From Squalus acanthias (lineage: Eukaryota): 64,000 bases of DNA. The position numbers were made by a program, and so were the translations under genes. Under the pieces are notes generated by a model that searched no databases, was not told where the DNA came from, and saw only the letters and a program-made list of their open reading frames with translations. The DNA lies in NCBI GenBank assembly GCA_030390025.1, contig CM059432.1:82710001-82774000 (forward strand), in the 5' to 3' direction. Of the stretch, positions 62,414 through 64,000 are shown piece by piece. The stretch's first letter is position 1. Each line of letters begins with the position of its first letter.

Positions 62414-64000
62414 TAGAATCATAGAATCATAGATTGGTTACAGCACAGAAGGAGGCCATTCGGCCTGTCGAGCCCATGCAGTCTCTCTGCAAGAGCACTT
62501 CAGCTAGTCCCACTCCCCTGCCCTTTCCCCGTAGCCCTGCACATTTTTTCTCCTCAGGTACTTATCCAATTCCCTTTTGAAAGCCACGATTGAGTCTGCC
62601 TCCACCACCCTTTCAGGCAGTGCATTCCAGATCCTAACCATTCGCTGTGTAAAAAAGTTTTTCCTCATGTCGCCTTTGGTTCTTCTGCCAATCACCTTAA
62701 ATCTGTGTCCTCTGGTTCTCGACCCTTCCGCCAATGGGAACAGTTTCTCTCGATTTACTCTGTCTGGACCCCTCATGATTTTGAATACCTTTTATCAAAT
62801 CTCCTCTCAATCTTCTCTGCTCTAAGGAGAACAACCCCAGCTTCTCCAGTCCATCCACGTAACTGAAGTCCCTCATCCCTGGAATCATTCTCGTAAATCT
62901 TTTCTGCACCTTCTCTAAGGCCTTCACATCCTTCCTAAAGTGCGGTGCCCAGAATTGGACACAGTTGAGGTCGAACCAGTGTTTTATAAAGGTTCATCAT
63001 AACTTCCTTGCTTTTGTACTCTATGCCTCTATTTATGAAGCCCAGTATCCTGTATGCTTTTTTAACTGCTTTCTCAACCTGCCCTGCCACCTTCAACGAT
63101 TTGTGCACATATAACCCCAGGTCTCTGTTCATGCACCCTCTTTAGGCTTGTACCCTTTAGTTTATATTGCCTCTCCTCGCTCTTCCTACCAAAATGTATC
63201 ACTTTGCACTTTTCTGCGTTAAATTTCATCTGCCATGTGTCCGCCCATTTCACCAGCCTGTCCATGTCTTCTTGAAGTCTATCACTATCCTCCTCACTGT
63301 TCACTATACCTCCAAGTTTAGTGTCATCTGCAAATTTTGAAATTGTACCCTGTACTCCCAAGTCCAAGTCATTAATATATATCAAGAAAAGCAGTGGCCC
63401 TAGAACTGACCCCTGGGGAACTTCAGTCTGAAAAACAACAGTTCACCACTACTCTCTATTTCCTGTCACTTAGCCAATTTCGTATCCATGCTGCCATTTG
63501 TCCCTTTTATTCCATGGGCTTCAACTTTGCTGGTAAGCCTATTATGTGGCACTTTATCAAAGGCATTTTGGAAGTCCATATACACCACATCAACCGTATT
63601 GCCCTCATCAACCCACTCTGTTACCTCATCAAAAAACTCGATCAAGTTAGTTAAACACGATTTGCCTTTAACAAATCCATGCTGGCTTTCCTTAATTGAT
63701 CCACACTTGTCCAAGTGACTGTTAACTTTGTCCCTGATTATCATTTTCAAAAGCTTCTCCACTACCAAGGTTAAACTGACTGGCCTGTAGTTGCAGGGTT
63801 TATACTTACACCCTTTTTAAAAAAAGGATGTAACATTTGCAATTCTCCAGTCCTCTGGCACCACCCCCATATCTAAGGAGGATTGGAAGATTATGGCCAG
63901 TACCTCCGCACTTTCTTCCTTAACCTCCCTCAGCATCCTAAGATGCATCTCATCGGGTCCTGGTGACTTATCAACTTTAAGTTCAGACAGCCTTTCTAGT
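62414..64000 (-). mobile_element. CR1 3' portion, runs off the window
   Basis: RT ORFs 63466-63768, 63074-63385 and 62504-62776; (ATTCTATG)n tail at 62414-62432. Confidence 0.92.

Overview
This window is vertebrate genomic DNA, most likely from a cartilaginous fish (inferred from HE1/V-SINE-like and Deu-domain SINEs and shark-type CR1 elements). It consists almost entirely of nested transposable elements, and I recognise no host gene with confidence. The contents are: (i) two near-intact PIF/Harbinger DNA transposons (3063-7227 and 11067-15601), each with an open DDE transposase ORF and a convergent three-exon Myb/SANT-like partner gene broken by a different lesion; (ii) one decayed autonomous Harbinger (53951-58279) and several Harbinger MITEs; (iii) many CR1 LINEs, two near full length with an SGNH-esterase ORF1; (iv) a young RTE LINE, L2 remnants and SINEs; (v) several short Penelope-derived fold-back elements carrying minimal hammerhead ribozyme motifs. 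The most striking observation is that the only two CR1 copies with a (GACTCTAT)n tail both carry a Harbinger at the same nucleotide of that tail and in the same orientation. This points to a site-targeting Harbinger or a CR1-Harbinger composite. Also notable are a probable ORF1 swap between two CR1 lineages with a shared ORF1 split, and covariation-supported hammerheads. All identity figures are by-eye estimates, not computed alignments.
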